DNA from: Anthoceros angustus
Taxonomy: Eukaryota; Plantae; Anthocerotophyta
Direction: 5' to 3'
Assembly (NCBI GenBank): GCA_010909165.1
Contig: VJWM01000254.1
Coordinates: 1 to 64,000, forward strand
Length of the DNA stretch: 64,000 nt
Positions 11,741 to 21,912 of the stretch are shown here, piece after piece (position 1 is the stretch's first letter; each line of letters begins with the position of its first letter). The notes beneath the pieces were generated by a model. The model was not told where the DNA came from. It searched no databases and worked only from the letters and a program-made list of their open reading frames with translations. Both the position numbers and the translations under genes were made by a program.

Positions 11741-12574
11741 CTATGGTGAAGACCAGTACAGTCCTCTTGTGAGGGTGGAGTAAAACTGGGGACACTGGAA
11801 GTTCTTCTCGCCTCCCCATTTGACCTCCATATCCGTGACCTTGCGAATCACGCTTGTTAAGATGCTCAACACATCTGCCGTTTTAGAGCCCTCAATGATG
11901 GCGTCCATAAAAGCTGTGATAAAGTTTGTGCCTTTCCCGGTATCTCTGAAGGATTGTTGTCCATGACTGGTGGAGTAAACAATGAGACAATCGCAAAGAT
12001 TCCGGGGCTCGGACTTCTCCGGCTCTCTTGCTCACCACTTGGCTCTCCTCAACTTCAGAGTCCTCGGCTTTCTTGATTTTGTAAGGCTGTCAATTTGTCG
12101 ACAAGCATTGATCACAAAGACCTTAGGCTTGTTTGCAAGATACCTGGATTCAGAGATGGGCTTCACGATATCATCATCAACATATAGCTTCTCCCCACTT
12201 GCTTCACTTATGAGGATGTAATCTCGTCCATTTTCATCGATCCCCCCATGGGCATTAATGCAACACAGAAAGCAATCGTCATTAGCCATGGTAGGGAGCT
12301 TGGCAATTCTCCTAAGATAAGATTTGACGTCCTCAGATTGGTTCACCACTATATCCGTATCGAACGCCAAATTCTTGAGAAGAGCTTCAAGTCGCCCTCT
12401 GTCGACAGCTCCACCAGGTCTGTCCTTTTCTATGCTCACAATCACTGCCAAACCTCTTCGTTTGCCTGCTGCCACACGGTCATTAGGATAACTCTGCAAA
12501 ATGTTGTACTCACTGCCTGCACTTGCGGGATAGCTGTAGGAGTTCCCCGACATACGCTGTTTTTGATTTCGATC
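11741..12574 (-). CDS. Caspase-like peptidase (clan CD, family C14A-like), p20 + p10
   Basis: p20: RRGLAVIV, DRPGGAVD, DCFLCCINAHGG (His 12248-12250), LANKPKVFVINACR (Cys 12101-12103). In the same frame after TGA 12032: p10 DCLIVYSTSHGQQSFRDTGKGTNFITAF...DVLSILTSVIRKV...QCPQFYSTLTRGLYWSSP*, stop at 11741-11743. Confidence 0.9.
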
Positions 12575-12703
12575 CTACAACAAGTGCAACCTCAGAGCAT
12601 GCAAGGAACAATGTATACTACAAATTTGGCAGTCATCCTACTAGAAACTACTTCTCGAAAACCAGGACATTCAAACGCATTCAGATGGTTCAGAAATCCT
12701 AAC

Positions 12704-14260
12704 CTTCAGACTCTAGTTCGGCTCTGGCCAGATCCCTTTTCGCCCCAAGATGACGTGCCCATCTACCACGGTTGCATACTCCTTGTTGGCCTTTAAAATA
12801 GGTGGCTGGGCTTGTGTACTGGTGGAGATAGGTCCCCAAAACTGCGTGTAGTGTGCATAGCCCTTTTCTTTTGTAGTAGCCACCTCCTTGACAAGCTTAT
12901 CTGTTAGAATGCACTGATGTTTTCTGTGTCTACATGGCGTGAGGGCCACTACACATTCACGCCTCAGGACACCTTCAACTAAGGTAACCCTGCAACCTCA
13001 TGAAGCACAAAATGAGCAATTTGAGATACAATATGCTCTTGCAAGAACGATAAGGACCTCAAAATAACCTTGATGGATCGAGCTAATATATCTATGTAAC
13101 AACCTATTTCGCATTAAATTCTACAAAGATATCAAGAAACTCTGCGGATATGAGAAATGTGCAATCTTGATCATCACATTGTAAACGCAAACCGATAAAG
13201 ATGTAATCAATCAATCTAACATCCTCATCAACCCAACGTTTCTTCAAACAATAATTGTACAATAAAACCTATCACACATACAGACAAAAACAATGTAGAC
13301 GTGGTCAATAACAGAAAACATTCAAAAACCAGTGTTGCAAGTAGGACTAAGGAAAGATTCATCTTTGAAAGAGTTACATACTTGCAACCGAGGGAAAAAT
13401 CCTGGTGTGAGAAATGTGCAATCTTGATCATCACATTGTAAACGCAAACCGATAAAGATGTAATCAATAGAATCATCCTCTGCATCCTCTGCAGGCCATT
13501 CTAGTTGTCGATTTGCTCCTGCTATATCTTCTTCTCCATACATACATGTTGGTATAAAGTAACGAACTTGATCTTCTCCATCTCTACTTTCCAAACAAAG
13601 GTGTAACTCAAGAAGGAGTTGGATAAATTGTTCTTCGCTCACAATGGTCTCTTCAAGCCCAACCTTGTTCAAAGACATCTTTAGAAGCTTGCTCAACCCA
13701 CACTTGCTTATAAACCCATTTTGAAGCCAATCTCGTCCATCACCAGTTCGCCAAATATTCCAATCAATTGACCAAAAACCCCCATTCCCAGCCATTGGAG
13801 GTTAAGCACCACAAGCCCTGATATCTCAAAATATATGATCTCCCCGGAATCCTTAAGGTACGATGCAACCACTTTCCAACTATCCTCCTTTACCATGAAA
13901 TCCAAAAGAAATCTTTTATAATCCTCCGAGATGTGTGGATGCTCTAATGCCACCTTACATGTGTTATGGAATAACTCACTAAACTTGTCAATAGAAATGA
14001 TTGGGGTACCTTGTTGGTCTTCAGCCCACCTTTGTACATGTATCCTTGTTTGCTCACAAATATTGGGAACTGGGGCCAAGTTACTAACAACTTGATGCAA
14101 CTTCTTCTCCATACTAGTGCGCAATGCATACACATCTTCCCAACTTTGTCCATTGATAAAAGTAGGTTCATACGATAACTCCACCAAATTTTTAAACTTT
14201 TTCTTCACCAATAACATCTCTTCACATATTGCAACAGAATGCTTATCCCCTTGAAGCTTG
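12704..14260 (-). CDS. COR domain and TORNADO1-like C-terminal region (frameshifted)
   Basis: YLKDSGEIIYF, LVVLNLQWL, YFIPT, IGLRLQCDDQDCTFLTPGFFPRLQV, YIDILARS and GVTLVEGVLRRECV match TORNADO1-family motifs; intron 13269-13381. Confidence 0.85.
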
Positions 14261-14795
14261 TCACCAAATGTTACGATTACATGTACATAAGGTTTCACCT
14301 GTTGACCCAATCGCATTGGAAGCAATAAATTTTAACCAATAAATAAATTCTTCCCTGAAATCTTTTCTATCCTTCATATCCATGGTTGAGAAATTCCCAC
14401 CGAACTTGAATGGATTGTAAACAAATAAGAAGACAGAAGAATTATTAACATTAGGAAAAACAAAATCATGAAGCGCGTGATACTCTCTATGGCCTGCAAG
14501 GTCCCAAATTGTAATCCTTAATTCGGGAACATCTTTTATCACCTCCACTTCAAATCCAAGTGTTCGAGGTATCTCTTTCGAAATTGTTTCGCGTTCCATT
14601 TCAGCATAGTCTTCATGTGTCTCCATCTTCATCAAAGTGTTTCTTATGGTCGTTTTGCCTGCGACAAAATCATTTTAGTGATCATTCCTAACCGGTAAAT
14701 ATGAGCAATATGAATACACGTCACTCGCTCTACATTCAACATGCCCTATGCCGCTTACCTGCGTATGGAAATCCACAAAGTACAAGGCGACATGA
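14261..14795 (-). CDS. Roc (Ras of complex proteins) GTPase domain
   Basis: P-loop SCRLVLCGFPYAG|KTT split by intron 14659-14758; switch I PRTLGFEV; G3 ITIWDLAGHREY; G4 IVTFGDK after a frameshift. Confidence 0.9.
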
Positions 14796-16180
14796 TTAGA
14801 TTGGCATTGTGGGAATTCCTGCCAGAGCTCTTCTATATTCCTTGTTTTGCCGCAGCACTTCATCCACTGCAGCACCTTTCCCCTGCCTTTTCCACGCAGT
14901 GTTTTCGAAAGACATACGCTCCAGATTGGTGTTCACCTGCAGAGTCTGCATGAGCTCTCGAAACATATCGTCATCCAACCCCTTCCAGTCATCCAATACC
15001 AACGTCTTGAGGTAGCGATTGGTCTGCAACGACCTGAAAAACATCTTCGAGAGGTTGCACGATCCCGCACGCTCCTGAACCAGGTGCAAACGTTTCACGA
15101 ACTGGCACCTCTGCAGGATTGGCATCAGTTTGCAGTAGTCGTCGTTATGGCTAGAGTAATTCTGTCGGACTGTCACACGAGTGATGCTGCTGTTGTCACA
15201 CAGTCCCTCCAATCCCTGGCTTATGAGACAGCTAGATAGCTCTAAATGCGTTAAAGTGGTGTTGGCGCGCAGCATGCGGGCCACAGCTTCTCCCAATGAA
15301 GCGTCGATAGGCTCGTGGCCAGATCCAAATATGTCTAGCCGGAGTTGTCTGACAGACTCGTTGGCAGAAAGAGGCTTGGGAGCAACACTCCCAGCCTCCT
15401 GCTCTGCGTCCTGCATACCAGGGGTCAATGATCGGGCCAACAGCATGGCCGTTATCCCTGCCTGCTTTGGCTTACTTCGGTTAAATCCTATGTGCAGGTG
15501 GTCAAGCGTGGTGTTTTGTGCCAGAGCATTCCCTATCTTCAACGCTCCCGCCTCATCCATGCCTATATCGGAAATCCCCAGGTCGCGAAGGGCAGGAGAG
15601 CTAGTCAGGATGTCAGCCAGGTGGTCTGCTCCACCACCTTCCACTAGAGTGTCTCCAGAAACATACAAGCTGCGGGCACTTTCTCCTATGGTCGGGTTCC
15701 CAGAAAGAAACAAGCTGCGGAGCACCGAGCTGCGATTCTCTCGCAGGGCTGCAGCTATGCGACCCAGTCCATCGGCAGTCATGCCAGTGCATCCCATATT
15801 AAGACATTGCAAGGTGCGGCTCGATCGCAAGGTAGCTGCCAGTGCAATGCAGGCTCCACCTGTTCCAAACCCACGGTACCCACTCAAATCCAGCAATTCC
15901 ACTACTGCATTCGAGTTAAGACCTTCCAAGAACGCCGTCGCCTCTGCCACCGTCACTGTGCAATTTTGACGCCCTAGAGGGTCGAGCTCGATTGATCTGA
16001 GCGTGGGACATTTACCCATAGCTGTCATAAGGCGCAAGCGCAGTTCCTGTTCCGCCTTTGGATGTTCAACGTCCATCTCGAACAAGTACCCATAGGCGTC
16101 CACACGAGGAAGCCGACTGAGAGTAGGCGAAGGTGACTCGAGCTCCGCAAGCAGGGCAAGCAGCTCCTCAGACACAGGAA
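14796..16180 (-). CDS. Ribonuclease-inhibitor-like LRR block B
   Basis: Repeats such as LRSSRTLQCLNMG, LRSLFLSGNPTIG, NTTLDHLHIGFN, NTTLTHLELS and NRYLKTLVLDD. Confidence 0.9.
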
Positions 16181-16480
16181 CTGGAATGGTGACAACAAAG
16201 ACAGGGAATCGAGTCAAAACGGCAGACTTGCATTCATGATTCAAACGTCTACATAGTTTCAACAAAAACAACCGCAGCTTGGAAGTTGGAATGTAAGTTG
16301 TTCCATACCTGCGTCGCCTGAGGAGCTGGCCATAGTGGCCATCGCCGGTAGTGGCACCTGTTCCGAACCTGCAGAAGTGACAGAAGTCAGATCCCTGTCA
16401 TGTCTACCTAGTTTTTGGGTTCTAACTTGTGAGACATACAGATGAAGGACAAGGGTAGCTAGCTAGCTTGGGGCACCTAC

Positions 16481-17853
16481 CCTGCCGTCCAGCGCTTCTT
16501 CTCTGTATGTTCTTTGTGAGAGCATTCTGGATGCGTATCACTTTGCCTTCACTGTCCCAGGATGTGTTCTTGATGGAAATGTTCTCCAGAACGTTTTTGC
16601 AGTTGGGTCGCAGAGACCACATCAAGTCCCGGAACATGTAGTCATCCAACCCATCCCAGTCATCCAACACAAGCGTCTTGAGGCTGGGGTTGTTGTGCAA
16701 CCCTCGGAAGAACTCCTTGGTGAACCTGCTGGCCCCGTAAGGTTTCACAAATATGAGCCGCAGCTCCTTCAGAGTCTTGCACTTCTGCAGGATCTCCATC
16801 ACAAAGGGATCCAGCTCCTCGTCCTCCACGGAATGGTAGTGGTGCAAAAACAGTGTCGTGATGCTGCTGTTGTGAGCCAGTCCCGACAACCCGCGGGTCA
16901 CAAAAAAGCTGGTTACGAGCAGGAACTTCAAAGTGGTGTTCGATCGAAGCATGGCAGCCACAGCTTGTGCGAGCCCGGCCTCCGCAACCACACCCTTCCC
17001 CCCTGCCAGCCCCAGTACCTCAAGGCAGAGCTCGGTGATGGACTGGTTAAACGGAGGAGCAGCACTTGGACCGTCAGACTCCTCCTCCGACGAGGACACA
17101 TCGCAGCTTAGGGCTCTCAAAACAGGGATCAACATTGCTGCCTGCTCAGGGTCCTTCTGCACGTTATATCCGATATCAATCCTGTTCAGAGTTCTGCTGC
17201 GAGCCACAGCGTCTGCAATCACCACGGCGCCCGCACCATCCATCCCTATCCCGAATATCCCGAACACTTTCAGAGCACGACAGTTGGACAGGATGCCGGC
17301 AACCTGTTGCGCCCCGGCAGCATTTCCTATCTCATTCCCATCGAGATACAACACGCGGAGGACAGATCCGCTGTTGTCTCGCAAGGCTGCGGAGATATGC
17401 CCCAGGCCTTCCACACTCAGCTCGAGCCCCGCAAGTCCAGAGTCCCCAAGCTGCGACTGTGTCGCAGGACGGCATCAGCGAGTGCAGCGCACGCTTCCGT
17501 CGTCCCGAATCCTTCGATGCTGCACAAGAGCCTTTCCAACACCGGATTGCGCTTCAACCCGTTCAGCAATGCCAATGCCTCCACGTCCCTCACGCTGTAC
17601 AACCCGAGCTCCCCAAGGGATTCAGATGGATCGTCTTGAGGCTCCGGCAGTTGCCGATGGCGGACATTATCCGCAAGCGCAGCTCCCGCCTGGACGCGTC
17701 TGAATCACGCTCCCCGGCCAGGAAGTAGCTGCCCCAGGAATCCGCAGGAGGAGGGAGAGCTGGCAGGCTCGGGGAGTCGGACTCGAGGCTGACGAGCAGG
17801 GAAACCAGCGCGGCGGGAAGAGGTGGAGGCGGAGGCGGAGGCGGTTCCGCCAT
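16481..17853 (-). CDS. Ribonuclease-inhibitor-like LRR block A (two frameshifts), Pro-rich N-terminus
   Basis: MAEPPPPPPPPLP..., LRVLYLDGNEIG, NTTLKFLLV and NPSLKTLVLDDWDGLDD; collinear paralog of block B. Confidence 0.88.
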
Positions 17854-18826
17854 AGCGGAAACTTGAGCAGAACGTGCGAGCAGGACAACCAGGTCGGCAG
17901 GAAGAGTCGGTTCCGCCGTAGCCCAAACTTCACAACAACGTCACAGCTTCTCCGACCGGGCTCGGAAGAGGCAAGCGCAGGACAACAGAACCGAGGGCTA
18001 GGACATAAAATGCCTGCACATGCCTCTGCCTTCTGGCAAGTAGGAAGGAAAGGCGTGATTTTGATTCGTCACTGCTGGCCGGCGCGGAGCAGCACGCAAT
18101 GGAGCAAGTTGGGCAACGTGCATGCCAGCGAGGGGCGTCGACTTCTTTACAATCACTCTACATTACATTACTTGCGTCACATGGCTGCCAGCCCTACAGT
18201 CAACATTTTTCATTCCTGTTCGATGTCTGCCGAATGTTGTCGGCTTTCACCACTTTCTCTTGTGGACGACGACGGCCTTCCAGCCTCCAGGAAATCCTGA
18301 CGTCAGGATGAAGTGCTCTACCCAGGTGGCGGATGGTACATGGACAAAAAAAATTTATGTTGGCGGTGAATAGTGGCAAGCGGAGCGTAAGTGGTAAGTG
18401 GAGAACCAAATCATATACCTGGGTTAACTTATACTGGAAATACATCTTTTGAAAGTTTGAAGAGCTATGATGTTTCTTTGCCTTAATATTGACCTCCATA
18501 TGTGGAGATCTTAATCTAACACTCTAGAGGGCCTTTTTAGATTAATCATAGTTTCGTGAGGTAAATCGAGGATCTTAAGAGAACCCTTGTACCTCAATTT
18601 TGCAAAATGCCTAATCTCTTGCTATGGTTCATGTGCATGCAGAATCCATATGCAAGTCTAGCTTTGAATTCACCTTATTATTAAATTTGAGTCAGGGATC
18701 TTTTCCTTCAAAATTGCACACATTGCCTATGATATTGCTACTATTAGGCAGCATACCTCTTATGACTAGAATGGATATTTTTTAGTTGATGATCTTACGT
18801 TGAATCTTTACCTTATGATAAATGCA

Positions 18827-21800
18827 TCACAAATCCTTGAATAAGTCTTGTTCTTCTGGACTTAAGATGAAGTCATCTTTAGGAGCGTCAAGTTTTGAAT
18901 AATCATCAAAGTTGCTTGCATCTTCAGGACCCTGTATGATTTAAGGGTGTGCATTATTCCCGCGTTAGATATTGTTTCATCTATAAACATTTTACTAATG
19001 TGAGAGGAAAGGAAGCATTGTAAAACATGAAATAGGGTGGTGGCTACCGAGACTTTGGGCCTTATAGGAGGCATATCTCGTTTTCTTAATACATTATCCC
19101 AATCCAAATTTCCAAACCATGCATGTGTCTTAATATCTTTTACACCACCTTTAAGACAACCAATCCTACAAACCCACATAGTCCACGGTGAGTTCAAATA
19201 TATTTTTGAATCAACAGGGGTTACCAAAGGATTTGTCAAACAATTGTATGAAACGCAAATTGTACAATGACTTGTCAAAACTTGACGCTCCTAAAGATCT
19301 CTAACTAAGCAACTTTGATGCTTAGATGTCTCATCAAAGATGTCCTAAAGATGTCATTCATACAACGTTGTATGAATGATACTAGTTAGGAAAAGTACCT
19401 TTTTGTCAAATCAGCTTGTAACAGCCTTCTCACCAAATCCTTAGCACTGCTTAAAATGAAGATGAAAACCATCATATACATATCTGATGTTTTTAATTAT
19501 ATAATATTAAATTAAATATTATTTCATATAAAATCTTACTTCCTAGAAAAGTGCCCAGGAAATTGTAGTTTCCCACTTAAAATCTTTTGATAAGTTCCCA
19601 TGGGATCTGCAAAATAATATTAATTTGAGTCCGATTATCCAGCGCAACTTTTAGTGTACTTGGACTTGAATTTTGTGATGTCTAAATATGTCAAGTTGCA
19701 GGGGCTCAAGTCATATGCCTTCATCGTAGAATGGGGGATATCCAGCTAACATTTCATAAATTAGGACGCCAAATGCCCACCTGTATTTTTACATTATGAA
19801 ATACATGTCACATCTAACTAATTACTTTAATCAATTTACATTTGAAGAATATGCTCATTGAAAATCTTATGACTTATTATTCTTTGTGATATTGCATATC
19901 ATGTTTCATATATTTTCTAACTTATATGAAAACATATACAAGTTTCACATGTAGGATAAATATCTTTATGATTATGCATATTTACTTATACAGGTTTCAC
20001 ATCTAGTATGACTATCTATATCATTACATAAGTAAATATGCATATGCATATTTACTTATACAGGTTTTACATGTAGTATGACTATCTATATCATTATGCA
20101 TACTTACTTATATAGGTGTCACATGTAGTATGATTATCTATATCATTATGCGTATTTATAAAGGACAAAAATTCTTACCAATCAACAGGTTTCCCATGAC
20201 CTTTGTTCAAAATGATTTCGGGTGCAAGATAATCGGGCGTACCTAGAGAGTTTTGACAAGTATTATAGCATGAATATAAGCATTTTTTAAACAACTCTTC
20301 ACCATTTCACTAGAAGGGCAATAAAAAAAATATTTTTTTGACAAGTATTTTAGCATGAATTACAACATTTCTTGAAACAACTCTTCACCATTTTACTAGA
20401 AAGACCGATAAACAAAATATCTTATTAGAAGCAACTAATACCACAAAGTGTGTACGTTCTATGATCAATCTGCTTGGCAAACCCGAAGTCCGTGATTTTA
20501 ATGTTCCCAATCTCGTCCAGCAAAAGATTTTCAGGCTGGAGTAGTGAAATAATTAGTTTTCAATTTTATTTTATATCCTTCCGCATTCTTCATCACATTC
20601 ATTATAATTCACCTTAAGATCTCGATATATAATGTCCATGTTGTGAATATGTTCAAAAGCAAGGAGAACTTGGGATGCATAAAATCTCTGGAAAACAAGG
20701 TCACTTGTCATTATATATTTTCAAGTTTGTCTTCAATGTTCCAAGAAATAGACTTGGTCATCATTGTTTTTTTGCTCTTTGGTGAAAAGCATATCGAATT
20801 AGAGCTTATCATAGTGAACTTAGGAGATTGTTACTCTTTCTCCAACAAAGTATACCAATATTTCGGAAGTGTGGAAGAAAGAACACAAAACATACAAACA
20901 TTTAACCATTATAAGAATACCATACTAACCGTAGTATTTTCATCGAACCGTCCAGTTGTGCGAAGATATGTGAAAAATTCTCCGCTGAACCACATGCAGC
21001 TCTGTTCAATAGTCTAACAATACAAATCACTAGTTCACTTTTTAATTGGCTATGTTGCTTTTAAAAATGCAAAGAACTGAGTGGATTCATTGGGGTAGGT
21101 ATCGTTTAGAAAGTTCAACAAGAGCAAGCTGATGAATAAGAATCATAAAGAGCAATAGACACTTACCCACAAACATATTCTAGGACAAGGTGTACATTTT
21201 TTTCATCTTGACAATAACCAAGGAGATTTACAATAAATGGGAAATCAAGTCTGTGAAGGATGCCTTTTTCTTGCTTTACATGAGAAACCTAAAAGTGTCA
21301 AAGGTACCCCATTAAACCATATCCATATATGCAAAATATAAAAGTTTGAAGATTTTTTCAATCTCAACAAACTATGCCATCAACTTATTGTATGTACCTG
21401 TTTAGTCTTGACAATTTGCGATTTTGATAATGATTTTACTGCACACACTTGATTGGTTGCAATATGGTGAGCATATGACACTCTGCCAAAACTACCAGTT
21501 CCCAAAATTTTACCAAGTTTGAAGTCTTGAATTTTGCATCCCTCAAACCATGGCTGTCACATCACAAGCCTACGTCATTTTCAATCTTCTGACCAAGAAA
21601 CTAGGATTTACTTGTAGGACAAGGATAAAGCTATAAGGTCTTATGGGTCATTATTCTAGATGTGTTATGACTTAGTCTTCTAAATCTATAGTTGAGCAAA
21701 ATAGCTGAGCGTCGGTTATTTGTGAGCGTCAAGGAATGAACTCATTTAGTACAATGTTGTAATAGTCAAATCAATTTGGGTGTCAGTCATTGAACTGAAG

Positions 21801-21912
21801 TCTCTATTCTAATAGAAGCAGAAAAGAGGAACACCTTTCCAGGTTCGTCTCCATCAATTCCTTCTCCTAACTTTGAGTTCTTCTTGAAGAAACGCGACAG
21901 AATCACTGACAT
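18827..21912 (-). CDS. cAMP-dependent protein kinase (PKA) catalytic subunit-like AGC kinase, about 12 exons
   Basis: Spliced exons give [89 protein letters not shown] and C-terminal QDLFKDL* (TGA 18827-18829). Putative ATG at 21912. Confidence 0.92.
19945..20160. repeat. Intronic ~50-60 bp tandem repeat (3-4 copies)
   Basis: Recurrent CAGGTTTCACATGTAGTATGACTATCTATATCATTATGCATATTTACTTATA-like unit. Confidence 0.75.

Larger units (their letters stand above)
11741..17853 (-). pseudogene. LRR-LRR-Roc-COR-caspase fusion gene (TORNADO1-like Roco protein with C-terminal caspase p20/p10), carrying nonsense and frameshift lesions in this copy
   Basis: Exons about 17853-16481, 16368-16309, 16180-14759, 14658-13382, 13268-12704 and 12574-11741, joined by GT-AG introns; the first four joins are phase-compatible. 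In-frame stops at 14796, 12713 and 12032 plus several frameshifts. Confidence 0.8.

Noticed and set aside
12032-12553. Calling the peptidase an ordinary plant metacaspase
   Set aside because: It lacks the metacaspase motifs (L-x-GC-x-ND, SGHG, D-x-CHSG) and has caspase-type KPKVFVINACR, R-x-G-x-x-x-D and a p10 with SFR.
12990-13070. An intron with acceptor at 12990
   Set aside because: The interval translates, with frameshifts, to TORNADO1-like YIDILARS...LQEHIV, so it is better read as exon.
15181-17728. Long plus-strand ORFs (262 aa, 256 aa, 220 aa)
   Set aside because: Antisense shadows of the GC-rich LRR exons.
12704-17853. Assigning the symbol TRN1
   Set aside because: Family-level similarity only; the duplicated LRR and replaced C-terminus argue against orthology.
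17853-18827. PKA and the Roco-caspase as one functional unit or a kinase fusion
   Set aside because: PKA has its own stop and C-terminal motif, and no linking exon is evident. Adjacency alone is weak evidence in eukaryotes.
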